This document shows, in pieces, positions 1 through 12,349 of a stretch of 64,000 nt of DNA. Under the pieces are notes generated by a model. That model worked only from the letters and a program-made list of their open reading frames with translations. It did no database searches and was not told where the DNA came from. Source of the DNA: Camelus ferus (taxonomy: Eukaryota); contig NC_045707.1 in NCBI RefSeq assembly GCF_009834535.1, positions 47,308,001-47,372,000 of the forward strand. Direction: 5' to 3'. Position numbers and translations under genes: made by a program. Every line of letters starts with the position of its first letter. Position 1 is the first letter of the stretch.

Positions 1-419
1 AATAGAAAAGTGTTGTTTTCAACACAGAATGTGCTGTACACATTAGTGACACGTACCACATTCATTAAGCAATTTGTGCAGGTTACCATGAACTTGTCAA
101 CAGTGTCTGTGTAAACTTTGCAATGAAATTCACTTTGTTGTCAGCCCAACTTTTTAAGTCAGCCCACAAGGAAGTAGAGAACACAGAAGAGAAGGAGATG
201 GGTCCCAGGGACACCCTCTGCCATGTGAGGTGTTTCCCTCTGACATCTTGAAGGGAAGAGGGCAGTTGAGTTCAAGATCGCTGCCTTTAGAGAGAAGGGA
301 GAGAAAAATTTTCTGCAGGATCCTCTTCCTTTAGAAGAAGAGTGAGGCTCCAGCCCCAGATTATATAGAAGTAACGTAGAAAAACTAGGCTTCACCACTG
401 GAAAAAAAAATAGTTTTCA

Positions 420-530
420 GTGTTTGAAAACTGGGAATAATAATACCTTTGGTACAAAGTTAAGAGGTAATGAGATAAACTATGGAAAGTACCTAATATG
501 ATACCTGGTTTCTAGCAGCCACTCAGTTAT
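420..530 (+). mobile_element. MIR SINE fragment (3' half)
   Basis: GAAAACTGGGAATAATAATACC...GAGGTAATGAGATAA...AAAGTACCTAATATGATACCTGG resembles the MIR core/3' region. Confidence 0.6.
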
Positions 531-669
531 CATCTGTTTCTTTCTGGCTATCACCAGGTGTGGCTGGAGGCAACACCCTGTTCATGGCTAATTTTGTTCA
601 TCAATATTCCAGCCATCAGACTAATGGGATAATATATTGTTTCTTTCAGTTTCATTCCCTCCCTTTCTT

Positions 670-1000
670 CCTTCCATTATGTTAATTGTCTACTTTGTCC
701 CAGGCACATGGTGAGCACTGGGAGCCCAAGGATGAATCACTCACAGAAGCTCTGAGGTGTGAAGAAGGCAAACCAGAGCGGCATTAACTTCAGAAGCACA
801 TATTGGGCACTATTGGAACCAGGCACGGGACCAACAAAGACAGATGTGGTTTCTGACCCCACAGAACTTACTCTTGAAAATGGATGATTATGAGGGAGAA
901 TAATGAGAGCAATAGAGTTCTTGTTATGAGTGCAAAAATGAGGGAATTCAACCAGGGGTTTGGGGGAAGGCTTCCCAGGAGAGGTGGCCTTTCTCTGGAT
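670..1000 (-). mobile_element. L2 LINE 3' fragments
   Basis: TACTTTGTCCCAGGCAC...GCACTGGGA and AACAAAGACAGATGTGGTTTCTGACCCCACAGAACTTAC resemble the reverse of the L2 3' end; another L2 tail lies at ~1259-1320 (TTCATTCATT...GAGCACCTACTATGCGCCAG). Confidence 0.55.
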
Positions 1001-1399
1001 GCTCGGGGTACAGTGGGACGGAACCCTCGAGGCAGAGGGACGACCTGAAGGACCTGGAAGGTGTGGGGCCAGGAGTAGCTGTGTGCTGCCCCAGCTGGGA
1101 GTGACCCCTACTGAACAACAACAGATGCCAGCATCCGGGACAGCGTCTGGGGTGCTGAGAGCTCTGGGGGACATTGGCAGGTTGTAGGTTAGGGTTGCAA
1201 CTAGGAAGTTAGATTTTTCATGGCTGCTGGAAAATTTGGCAATGAAGTAGCCTTTAACCATTCATTCATTTAGTCAATGAATATTTTTCTGAGCACCTAC
1301 TATGCGCCAGAGACTGCTGGCTGCTAGGAAGAATGAGGAGAGCAAGGTTCTCGGTTTCTGTTTAGTGGGATCTGAGCTTTAGGCCAAATTTCCCTAGGG

Positions 1400-1625
1400 C
1401 AATAATTCTCAAAGTGTTACGGATACAGCTGGGCATTTGAGGTGGTTTGAAGTGGTGCAAAGATGAACACTTTGGATTTTATGAGTTGGCTCGGCTTAGG
1501 GTAAGCTAAATAAAAATGTGAGTGTCTTTAAAGGAAAATATCAAGTAAGAATAGTGTAAGTGATAGGCGGGCACAGCAAAAGCTGTGAAGAGGGGATGTG
1601 GGGGACTAAGGTTCTGGAAATACTC
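1400..1625 (+). mobile_element. hAT-Charlie non-autonomous DNA transposon, MER112-like
   Basis: Degenerate TIRs (AATTCTCAAAGTG ... GTTCTGGAAATACT) and internal TTTAAAGGAAAATATCAAGTAAGAATAGT...GCAAAAGCTGTGAAG matching MER112 as I recall it. Confidence 0.6.
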
Positions 1626-1939
1626 TATTACAAAAATATGAATAACTTAGGAACATAAAAACTACATCAGGTTAGAGACATAATGCCTTTTCCCTTGACT
1701 GATCCCCAAAGCCTCCCATTTTAGGGCGGTGAAGGGGTGTCTGGTGCTCAGACCAGCTGGGAGAATCACCGAGTCACCCCCAACAAAAGCGTTTGTGCCC
1801 TTACTTCTCTCCACATACCTTTCCTCTTTCCTGGCTGTCTTGGGCTCTTTTTGACCTTGGCAGCGTCTATAAGAGATAATAAACAGGAGGATGTGGGAAC
1901 ATGTGGGTTGTCTCAGCATAGCACACATGGGAGAGAGAC

Positions 1940-2132
1940 TGCAGTGCAGTGGAAAGAATCCAGAGACTGGAATCAGAAGATCAAATGTTCAAATCTTAGT
2001 CTGCAGCAGGCTTTGTGTGAATGTCGGTAAATCTATTTGCTCATCTCAAATGGGGAGAAAATCATGTCTACTCCACTGTATAGAGATGATTTGAGGATTA
2101 TATGAAATAATATACAGGAAAGCTTTTATAAA
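1940..2132 (+). mobile_element. MIR SINE
   Basis: GCAGTGGAAAGAATCCAGAGACTGGAATCAGAAGA...TTCAAATC...CTCATCTCAAATGGGG...TGAGGATTATATGAAATAATATACAGGAAAGC. Confidence 0.8.
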
Positions 2133-2134
2133 AA

Positions 2135-3752
2135 TTGACTTTTTTAAAAGAGCATTTTTAGGTTTACAGGGAAATTGCTCAGAAAGTACAAAGATTTCCC
2201 AAACACTAGCCCCCTCACACCGCCACCCCTGCCCCTGTTTCCCCTATTATTCATAGTCATAGTGTGGCACATTTGCTACAACTGATGAACCAATATTGAT
2301 ATTGTATTGTTATTAACTAGTCCATACTTTGTTAGGGTTCACTTGTGCTGTGTAGTTCTATGGATTTTGACAGATGCACAATGTCTTGTATCTACTGTTA
2401 CATTATCATAGAGAATAGTCTCCCTGATCTTCTAATGCCCTGTGCTTCACTTGTTCATCCCTTCCCCCTCCCCTGAATTACTAGCAACCACTGATCTTTT
2501 TACTATCTCTATAGTTTTTCCTTTTCCAGAATGTCACATGGTTGGAATTATATACTGTGTAGCCTTTTCGGACTCGTTTCTATCACTTAGCAATAAGCAT
2601 TTAAGGTTCCTCCACGATTTATTGTGGCTTGAAAGCGCATTTCTTCATTTTTAATCACTGCATAATATTCCATTGTCTGAATGTACCACCATCGGTTTAC
2701 CCATTCAGCCTGTTAAAGGACATCCTGATTGCTTCCAAGTTTTAGTAGCTATGAACAAAGCTACTATGTGGATATAAGTTTTTTTGTGTGGATATAAGTT
2801 TTCAGTTCATTTGGGCAAATACTTTGGATTGCAATTGCTGGGTTATATGATAGTCCTTTATTAGCTCTGTGAGAAACTGCCAACTGTTTTCCAGTTGGCT
2901 GTGCCATTTTGCATTCCCACCAGCAATGATGAGAATTCTTGTTGCTGCACATCTTTGCCAGCATTTGGTGCTGTTAGTGTTTTGGATTTTACCCATTCTC
3001 ATAGATGTGTAGTAGTACTTATTTTAATTTGCAACTGCCTAATGACATGTGATATTGATCATATTTTCATATGCTTATTTGCCATTTGTATATTTTCTTT
3101 CATGAGGTGTCTGTTCAGGTCTTTTGACCATCTTTAAATTGGGTTATTTGTTTTTTTATTGTTGAGTTTCATGAGTTCTTTTTACATTTAGATATCAGTC
3201 TTTTATTAGATATATATTTTGCAAATATTTTCTCCCATTCTGTGACTTGTCTTTTCATTTTCTTAACAACGTCTTTTACAGAGCAGAAGTTTTAAATTTT
3301 CATGAGGTCCAACTTGCTGATTTTTTTCTTTCATGGTGTTGTATCTAAAAAAGTCATTGCCAAACCCATAGTTATCTAGATTTTTCTCTTACTTTATCTT
3401 CTAAAAGTTTTATAGTTTTGTGTTTTACATTCAGGTCTATGATCTATTTTGAGTAAATTTTTGTAAGAGGTGTAAGGTCTTTGTTCATATTTTATTTCCC
3501 TCCTTCCCTCCTTCTTTTTCCTTTCTTCTTTTCTCTCTCTCTCTCTTTCTTCTTCATTTTCATATGGATGTCCAGTTGTTCCAGCACCATTTGTTGAAAA
3601 GATTATCCTTTCTCCATGGAATTGCCTTTGTTATTTTGTCAAAGATCATCTTGATTGACTATATTTCTGTGGGTCTATCCCTGGGGTGTCTATTCTGTTC
3701 CATTGGTCTATTTGTCTGTTCTTTCACCAATACCACACTGTCTTGATCACTT
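2135..3752 (-). mobile_element. Old LINE-1 (L1MC1/L1MC2-like), 3' UTR plus degraded ORF2 3' end
   Basis: L1MC-type 3' UTR (AGAGCATTTTTAGGTTTACAG...GCAACCACTGATCTTTTTACT...CCTTTTCCAGAATGTCA); minus-strand ORFs 2802-3002 and 2764-2964 contain the ORF2p C-terminal motifs KCW and CWWECKMAQP. Confidence 0.9.
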
Positions 3753-4190
3753 GAAAGCTTTCTACAACCATAGAGTTGTAAATCCACAGGCAGCATTACT
3801 GGAGACAGTTACCAGGTAGGATGTGGTGGGCATTCCCTCAGCTCTTATCTTCTCCCTGTTAATTAGGGAGTATGATTCCTCATCTGTGAAGACAGCCAAG
3901 GCTGCTAGGCCAAGGGCTTATCAAGGGGATGGTGGACTTGGTCTCTTCCTTCCTGTTAAATTGGAGGACAGAGGTTGTTCAAGACTGTCTGTTTGATTAA
4001 TCCCTGCTCTTTCTGACTTTAAAGACCAAATCACAACACTTTGCTTCTGGTATTATATGTTCTATTACTTGTATATGTTTTATTATTTTCTTGCTTGTTC
4101 TGGACAGAATTGTTTCTTTTTACTGCTCAGTCTGGACATGCCTCGTGTTTGCCCATTATAACTCTAGCTGACATTTTTCTTGTGCTTTCA

Positions 4191-4379
4191 CAGTGGTTCT
4201 CAAATTTTGGTCCTTGACCAGCGGAATCAGCATACCTAGCCTGGGAAGTTGTTAGAAATGCAGGTTCTTAGTCCCTACCCCGGCCTATTGAATGGAACCT
4301 CTGAGGGTGAAGCCAAGTACTCTGTGTTTTAACAAGCTCTTCAGGTGATGCTGATGCACTTGGAGTTGGAAAACCACTA
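4191..4379 (+). mobile_element. MER5A (hAT-Charlie MITE)
   Basis: TIRs CAGTGGTTCTCAAA ... TTGGAAAACCACTA; internal GTTAGAAATGCAGGTTCT and TCTGTGTTTTAACAAGCTCTTCAGGTGATGCTGATGCAC; 189 bp. Confidence 0.9.
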
Positions 4380-5894
4380 ACTTAGAGTTAGTGAGTTTTT
4401 TATTCAGTTAGTAGCAACATTCTTACATGCATTCTCTCAGATAGATTGTCACGATGCCCTACCTCCAGTTTTGAGCTGGAGAAATGGAAGCTTAGACATG
4501 TGATGGGGAGGGTCCAGAACCAGGCACCTCTTGGAGTGCCTATAAGTTTTCCTTTCCTCTTTGCATATCAGAGGGTGGATCACTGCCTCTTCTGGCAAGC
4601 CTGGAACATAACTCGGAGCACTTCCTCCATGGTCTCAGGAAGGAGAACACTGCTGGTCAGGCTGTTGAGTGACAGCTGATAGACAGCTTGCCTTATCTGC
4701 TACCTCAAGTCCTGACCCAAGGGAGCTCCCTCTCCCTTCTCAATCCCTCTCCCCATCTCAGCAATCACACCTACCCAGATCCACTGAGCAGGCCTGTCTT
4801 TGGAGAACTGTGTGGCCTGAGGACAGTTGGGTGGATGGAATGGCTTCTCCTTGGAAACGGGCTCTCTGCAGTTTCAAGGCCTTGGCAGATTACCTCTCAG
4901 GGCATGGGGCAAGGGCTTGCCTGTTTATTTAGGGTGTGGACTTGGAGTCAGGGCAGGCATTTCATGAACAGAGAAGGAGTTTTGTTGAGTTTTTGGCCTT
5001 GAACTGATTTTGGGGGAGGGGGGCGTTGAGTAGTGTAAATAGAGAAATCTATGATGAGAGACAAAAAGATTCATTTCAGTGAAGTAAATGTAAGCAGGCT
5101 CACTTTTATTTGTAAATATATTTCTTCCATTTCTTGGTACTCCATTCATAAGTTGCACGCGTATGCCCATAGATTCGGAATCCTTCTTATTAACCATCTT
5201 TGTTGCTCTCTCTCAAGGAAACACAGAAACTTAGTATCTGCCAGTGTGGTGGCAGATTCTGGCTGCCATAGACAAGCAGGTGGTAGCCTTCTATTAGTTG
5301 ATAAATACTGATGGGCACCACATGCCCCTAATTTGTAGCACGTGTACGCATATACGTGCTCACACACGCACACACACATACACACCCTATGTCTAGTTTC
5401 CAAAAGTCTTTTAGACATATAAAATTTTAGCCTAAAGCTTAGAATAAAAACTCTGAAATAATGGATGAAATCCATTCAGGCAGTTTGGTGGTTTTAAAGC
5501 AAGGGGGAGCTTCCTGTTTGTTAAAAAGGTTATTTCCAGAAATAAAGCTAAGTGGGCATTGGAAGACCTATTCTTCCCCACTGAACAGGAAACAAAACTA
5601 CACATATTAAAGGAAGTCTCACAGGTGCTCATACTGCTTGGGAAATGCCTTAGACACCCAGGCTATTCATATTAAGACTGAAAGTGTGCTACAAGTGTGA
5701 AAAAACAAGGCCACAGTAAATTTGACTGAAAATGAGTCAGCAGGACTTTGTGAGCCATTCATTCCCCTAATAAAACATTTCCCTACCTGAGACAAACATC
5801 TTCCTCTCTCTCTCTTTTGACCTTGGGTAGTCTATAAAGGATAATGTTCTCCACTTGTGATTATCTAATCTCTTAAAAAAAATGCTCTGCCCTC

Positions 5895-6540
5895 ATTTAT
5901 TGCTGATGTGAATGTAAAATGGTGCAGTTGCTGTGAAAAACAGCTTGTTGATTCCTCAATAAGTTAAACACAAAGTTATTACATGTATTTATGAGCCAGA
6001 ATATACCACTCCCAGATATAGATTCAAGATAATTGAAAACATATGTTCATACAAACACTTGTCCGCAAATTTTCATAGCACATTTACTCATAATAGCTCC
6101 AAAGTGGAAACAACATAAATATCCATCAACTGAGGGAAAGATAAACAAAATGTTATACCCATACAATGGAATATTACTCAACCATAATAATGAATGAAGC
6201 ACTGATGCATACTACAACATGGCTGAACCTTGAAAACATTATGCTAAGTGAAGGAAGACAGAAACAAAGGGCTGCATACTATTTATATGAAATGTCCAGA
6301 ATAGGCAAATCCATGGAGACAGAAAGTAGACTAGTAGTTGTGAGAGCCTGCTGGGAGAGGGAAACTGGAGAGTGATTGCTGATGGGTATAGATTTCTCTC
6401 TCTTTGGAGTCATAAAGATGCTCTAGAATTAGGTAGTGGTGATGGTTGCACAACCTAGTGATGATATGAAAAACCACTGAATTGTACACTGAAAAGTGAA
6501 TTCTGTGGCATGTGAATTATATCTCCATTAAAAAATAAAA
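5895..6540 (+). mobile_element. Old LINE-1 (L1MB-like) 3' end
   Basis: ORF 6166-6375 MEYYS...TTWLNLENIMLSE is the ORF2p C-terminus; L1MB 3' UTR GGTAGTGGTGATGGTTGCACAAC...AAAACCACTGAATTGTACAC...TGTGAATTATATCTC followed by an A-rich tail. Confidence 0.9.
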
Positions 6541-7539
6541 GGCCTCAACGAGACTCTACTGCTTCTTTTTTTTCTTTTAGAAAAGTCAGGTAAGTAGACT
6601 GCTTCTCGACTTGGGCCCCTGGTGAAGTATTTATTGAGCTGAGTGCTCTTCTTTGCCTTCTCGATATGTTGGAGGATAGCAAATGCTAGAATTGAACAAG
6701 CAGATAATAAGAACTGAGGGGAGCTCAGGAAAGAAATGAAGAGTTGGATGGGTCAGCTGGGCTCTTTAGGGAAGAGCTGTACTCTGTATATTTACACAGT
6801 CATCAAGTATTTATGAAGCCCTTTCATGGGCTAAATGTCCTGTAATTATTAACACAAGTAGGACCAAGACTCTGCCTTCACGAGGTTCAAGTTAAGACAG
6901 ATATGTTAAGCAAACAATTATAATTCAAAGCAGGAATGTACAAGAGATTCTGGACTTGACAGGAGAACTTGTTAAAGAGATGGGAGAAGAAGATAATGTC
7001 CTCCCAGCACTGTCAATAGGAGTAAAGGGGCTGGAGTAGGAATGATGATGTATTTGGGGCGGATGGGGAAATGACCAGAGTTTCATCTACATCCTCAAGG
7101 CAAGTAATTGTGCAATTCTTTGCTTTATCTTTTGTAAAAATTCTTTCTAAAGGTTATAGGTGCAAAAGTTTTGAACAGTACAAAAGGGAACACAGTGGGT
7201 AGTAATCTCCCTGATACCCTTTCTCCTAATTGTCCTTTCCAGATGTAACTATCTCCAGATAGTCTTCTCTTTTAATAGACCCACGTATCCCCCTTTGCTT
7301 TGTTTTTGAAAAATAGACCCTTCATTATGAAGACTAGATCACAGACAGAATAAAATTTTAAAAACTGAATTCTATAAATTGCTAGTTTTCCACTTGCCTA
7401 GTTTAACTCAGTTTAGTTCAGTTCAATTTGTTTTAACCAAGTCTGTTATCTCCACCCTGTGACAGACATTTCATGCTAATAAACTGATTTAAAATTTTTA
7501 AATCAAAAAATGTTTTTCCATTGCCATTCACTCATCTTA

Positions 7540-8487
7540 ATATTTATTCATTCAATAAATATTTCCTGAGTCCCCTACCAAGTATCAGGCTCTGTTCTAG
7601 GACTTGGGACACAGAGTGAACAAGACAGACATCTTGTGTCTGTCATCAGGGAGCTCACTGGGGGATACAAAGGATAAGAAAATGTATACGTTAACAAGAG
7701 GAGCAGGTGTAGTAAGTGCTATGATGGCAGCTTTTAAAGGGTGAAGAGATAGAGAATGGGGATCAGGGGAGATACTCTAGATTATCTAGTCTTTGAGGAT
7801 GTGATATTTAGGTTGAGATCTGAAACACAAAAGGAGGAGCCATGCAAAGATCAGGTGAAGTTAACAGCGAGTGCAAAGAATCTACAGTGAGAATCGGTTA
7901 GGAAGTTGAAAGAAACAGAAAGAAGGCAAGGGTGTCTGGATCTCAGAGTAGGAGTAGAGGCGCTGAATGGGCTAGTATTAGTATGTTAGGGTTGCCGTAA
8001 CAAATAACTACAGCCTGGGTGGCTCAAACAATGGAAATTAATTTTGTCATGGTTCTGAAGGTTTGAAGTCCATGGTCAAGGTGTCAGCAGGGTTGATTTC
8101 TTCTTAAGCCGCTCTCATTGCCGTATAGATGGCCACATTCTCCTTTTGTCTTCACATAGTCTTTCCTCTGTGCAAGTCTGCTCTAATCTCTTCTTCTCAT
8201 AAGGACACCTATCATATTGGATTAGGCCCCACTTACATCACCTCATTTTACCTTAATTACTTTCAATATCCTGCTTCAGACACAGTCACATTCTGAGGTA
8301 TTGAGTTTAGGACAGTAACATGTAAATTTGGGGGGAACACAATTAAGCTTGTGAGAGGACTGGCAAGGTCTGAGCAGGGGCCAGATCGTGCAGGGTTTGT
8401 CGGCCAGGGTAAGGAGTTTTACTTACGAGTGAGCAGGAGCCACTGGAGGGTTTTAAGCAGGAGGGTCTGCAGATCTGATTAATATTT
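7540..8487 (-). mobile_element. L2a LINE 3' region, split by an MLT1 LTR
   Basis: TTCATTCAATAAATATTTCCTGAG...TGTTCTAGG...GTGAACAAGACAGAC; resumes after the LTR with GGCCAGATCGTGCAGGG...GGAGCCACTGGAGGGTTTTAAGCAGG. Confidence 0.85.
7974..8356 (-). mobile_element. MaLR solo LTR (MLT1B-like)
   Basis: GTATTAG...GGGTTGCCGTAACAAATAACTACAGCCTGGGTGGCTCAAACAA...AAGGTGTCAGCAGGG...ATAAGGACACC...CAGTCACATTCTGAGGTA; 383 bp; imperfect 5-bp TSD GGGCT (7969-7973)/GGACT (8357-8361). Confidence 0.9.
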
Positions 8488-10344
8488 GGGAGTTAGAGCT
8501 TCTCTGGAGATTCTCATGAGGAGAATGAAAGCACTCCTGGCCTCCTCGTCCAAAGGTGATCTTCCCTATCAACCCAGGGCTTGGATTAAAATTTCTTCAT
8601 CCTTTACTGTCCCTGTTTTTCATCAGAGTTTCCATAAAAAGAAACCAACACAGTCTGGATAACATTCCTCAATACTCCAAAAAATTCTGAAAAACATGAA
8701 GGGTCAACCATAAATACACATCTTGCAACTCTCTGATCTATTTATGTCACAAAAATCTCCTGAATAGAGGAACTGGATTAACTGCAAATAGCCATTGTTG
8801 ACTTTCTACGAGTACATTGGTTATCATGTGGCTTGTGTGCCACAGGATTGTTGTAAAGAGAGATTTGTGTGTGGTGGTGATTCTCTGTACTCATCAGTGG
8901 ATTTTGTTTGTTCAAGATCTCCAACCATAAACAAAGGGGAAATTTTGGCTTGAGAAATATCTACTTTACTTTGTCAATAAGCAAAGCTGAAACTGGAAAA
9001 AATAATTTTGTTTTGTAAACACAAGCTTGTTGTTCAGTTAGAGCAAAGGCTAGCTCTTGCAAAATGCCATGGAGACATGGTTCCCATGAGGCTAGTATTT
9101 AAAATGGAGGGATAGAAACTGTTTATTGTGCAAATGTAGGGAGTATCAAAGCTAGATCATCAAAATTATTTTAAACAACAGAATGCTACTTACCAGCTGT
9201 GAGTTACCTACTTTAACCAACTCTTTCAAGTTTAAAGGGAGAAGAATCTCTCTTTTCTCTCCATGCATTTAAAGACAGCATTAGAATTAACATCTGACTC
9301 ATAAATAGTCCATGAAACAGATGACTCTTGACATGCTATGACTTGATGTTTTACCAGATAAAATTCTAAAATGAATCTCTTTCTCTTTTGTGTTTTTAAA
9401 AACTAGTTCCCTTCTCTGTTTGGTCCTCTGGTTTGTGTGTGGAGGCAGGCTCTTGGCAGCCAGATGGAATATAATCTCTATTTATGGCTTCCATTAGCTC
9501 TTGGGCTTGCATGTGCTACCATTTCCTAATTTCAACACAAATATTCTACGAGAGTGGATTGCCATTTATGTTATTGCTGCTTAATACAGTCATTATGCTA
9601 ATACATCTCGTTTTTCATGGAGAGTAATAAAAAATCATGCATGCTCCCTTTTTATTGGTCATATTGACAAATGAGATAACATTTGATAACACTTACCAGC
9701 TTTCAGACTGGTCAGCCTCAATTCTGATTTTTCTCCAGATCCCTTCCAGGCTGGTCTGGACACTGTTTCTTTTCGGTTTGTGATAGTTCAGCAACCCAAT
9801 TAACTTGAGGATGAAGGAATGAGAAATGGAATCAGTTCATCTTAGGCTAAAATTCATGTTGCCAGAGTTTTGTTTTTGTTTTTTTTTTTTCTAGAGTAAG
9901 AGATTACTGGGTCATTCCAAATGCACAGGTACTACTGTGCCAAAGTGCTACAGAGAGCTTAGTGCTGAACTTTACTAAAATTAATAGTGTGTTAGTGAAA
10001 GTTTGAAGGTAGTCAAATTCAAGAAAGAAGTATTCTGCTTTTATCACCACTTCCTGAAACTGTAGTAGAAGGCTCTGATGATTACAAAAATAACAATTCC
10101 CACTTGCTTGTGCTAGACAGAATTTAAAGCAGTTTCACAACATTTCTGCATTGAATCAGAGTAATCCTCCTGGTGTCCTCTAGCAAAGACCTCCCTTAGG
10201 CCAACAGAATGCTGGCATTGCTATCAGAATCCAGGGAATCGGGTCTTGGGTGGGGTCTTGGGATTCCAGTAAATATAGTACATGGAACAACCTTCTGGAC
10301 TCATTGTCTTTAGAAAGAAGTTTGAGGTTACAGTTGCTCAAAGT

Positions 10345-10375
<31 letters not shown>
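10345..10375. repeat. (GTTTT)n microsatellite
   Basis: Read directly from sequence. Confidence 0.9.
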
Positions 10376-10799
10376 GGAACTTAGGAGATGAGGAGCCTAC
10401 AAATGGCTTCTGTGCAGAAGGTAGATAATCAGGCTCATGTTTATTCTCAATCGTAGCAGCTGTTTGGACTCAGAAAGAGTATCTGCCATCTAGTTTGTCA
10501 CATGAAGGAAAAGATCAAGAGTTCAGTGAAATGGCGAGAAAAATTGAGCTCTGCCATTTCCAGTCACCAAAGTGAGCTACCATGTGCTTCTACATCAGCA
10601 CGGAAGATCAGACATGGATGTCTGGTGTTTTTCTCATTTATAGATCAGCTGAGACAAACTTCTTGCTACTGGCCTTGGAGAGGGTGATGGCTGGAGGGGA
10701 GAGGCTGGAGAGGATGATGAGGGGAAATCCCAGGTCCCATCAGTAACTCTCAGTCCAGCTCCTGCTGTTCTTATGGCATCTTTGTTTTTCCCTTACAAA

Positions 10800-12290
10800 T
10801 GGCCTGTGGCCACTACCGGCTCCCCTCCTACTTCTCTGACTGTTTTTCTCTGCTTTCTTCCTGGGCCTCTCTTCCTGAAATTGCCAACTTAAATGTTGAC
10901 ACCCGCCCAAGCTTTCCCAATGACTCTTATCTTTTCTAACTTTACCTGTACACTCTGGACAACCTCATCCATCCCCATAGCTCCACTTGGCATCTCTGTT
11001 CATGATGGCTCTAAAATGAAGCCCACATCTCTAGCCCAGACCTCTTTCTCTGGTTCCATAGATGTCTCAGACTCCACATATTTGATCTGAATTCATGCTG
11101 CTCCCTGAGGCTGCGCCTTCTCCAGAGATCCTTGTCTCTGGAATAGTGACCAAGATTTGACTGTGCTCATGATATTCCAAGCTCAATTCCAAGCATTTAA
11201 CATGCTTTATCTCATTTTACCTTTTCAAGAGTCCTATACAGAAGATATAGTTATGGTCGCCATTTCACACATCTGCCCCAGGTTCAACAGCATGTCTTAG
11301 GTAGAGCTGAGGTTCAAATGTAGGCTGTGTAGACCAGAGCCCACAATCTAACAGCTCTGCTGTGCTGCTTGCTGTTGTATATGTATCCAAGTCAGAAGCC
11401 AGGGCATCATTTTTGATGCCTTTTTCTCACTTGCCTCCCATATCCAATCCAATGCCAATCCCATCACTTTTACCTCCTGAATAAATTTCTATCTCTTCCT
11501 GTTTCTTCACTGTTACCACCCAAGTCCAAGCTATTGCCTCTTTCCTGGACACATGCAATGGCCTCCTAACAGCTCATCCTCCTTCCCACCCTATATACTT
11601 CCCATATTACAACTAAAGAGATCTCTAAGACATAAATTCAGTTGAGTCACTCTGCTAATTAAAATGCTCCAATGGTTTCCTATTACCCTCAGGTCAAAGT
11701 CTGAACTCCTGTTAAAGGATAGACTGAGGCATATTAAACATAAACATTTTTAGAGTTTATCTGAGAAAAAAATCAATTTGAATTGATATCCACTAACCGG
11801 AAGTGGTTAGGAGTGCTCCACCAACAGGAGCCAGAGGTGAGACCAACAGAGAAGGTGTGGAAGCAAAGAAAGGAAAATATCTGATGGGCTACAGCTTAAA
11901 GCCTAGTTGGCTGTTTGTGATTGATTGTCCCTAGGTTTTGATTTCTTAACCTTGAAGCATTTGCAGCCTTCAGTTTTGGTTTTTCTGTGTAGACCAACCA
12001 ACATTAGAGCCACCTCAGTCTAATGGGCTCCTGGTTTAATTAATTCAACACCCCTTAACAAGCCTTAAAAAGCCTGCTCTGGGCTCTGTTTTCCTCTCCA
12101 CCTCATCCATCTCCCCACACTCCTTCCCCTCACCTTATATTGTCCACGTGTTCCATTCTTTCTGAACCTGTTCCCTTTTCTGACTGTTGGAAGGGTATCT
12201 GCTCTCTCTCACCTTTTGGCCACTGAGCCCTGGAACACTCTCTCCCTTCTCTTCACCTGGTTTACTCCTACTCATCCTTTAAAGCCTCAG
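10800..12290 (+). mobile_element. L2 LINE, interrupted by a MIR (~11155-11370, minus) and an ERV LTR
   Basis: CTCATCCATCCCCATAGC...CTCTAGCCCAGACCTCT...CCAAGTCAGAAGCCAGGGCATCAT...ATCCAATCC...CCTGGACACATGCAATGGCCTCCTAAC are L2 landmarks. Confidence 0.8.
11710..12050 (-). mobile_element. ERV1-class solo LTR
   Basis: TGTTAA...TTCAACA termini (TG...CA); 4-bp imperfect TSD CTCC (11706-11709)/CCCC (12051-12054); flanking L2 rejoins across it (GAACTCC|TTAAC). Confidence 0.75.
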
Positions 12291-12349
12291 GATCTCTTCC
12301 TTGAGATCCTAGAAAGGGATTTTGGTGCCTTGGCTGTGTGTTCCAGAAT

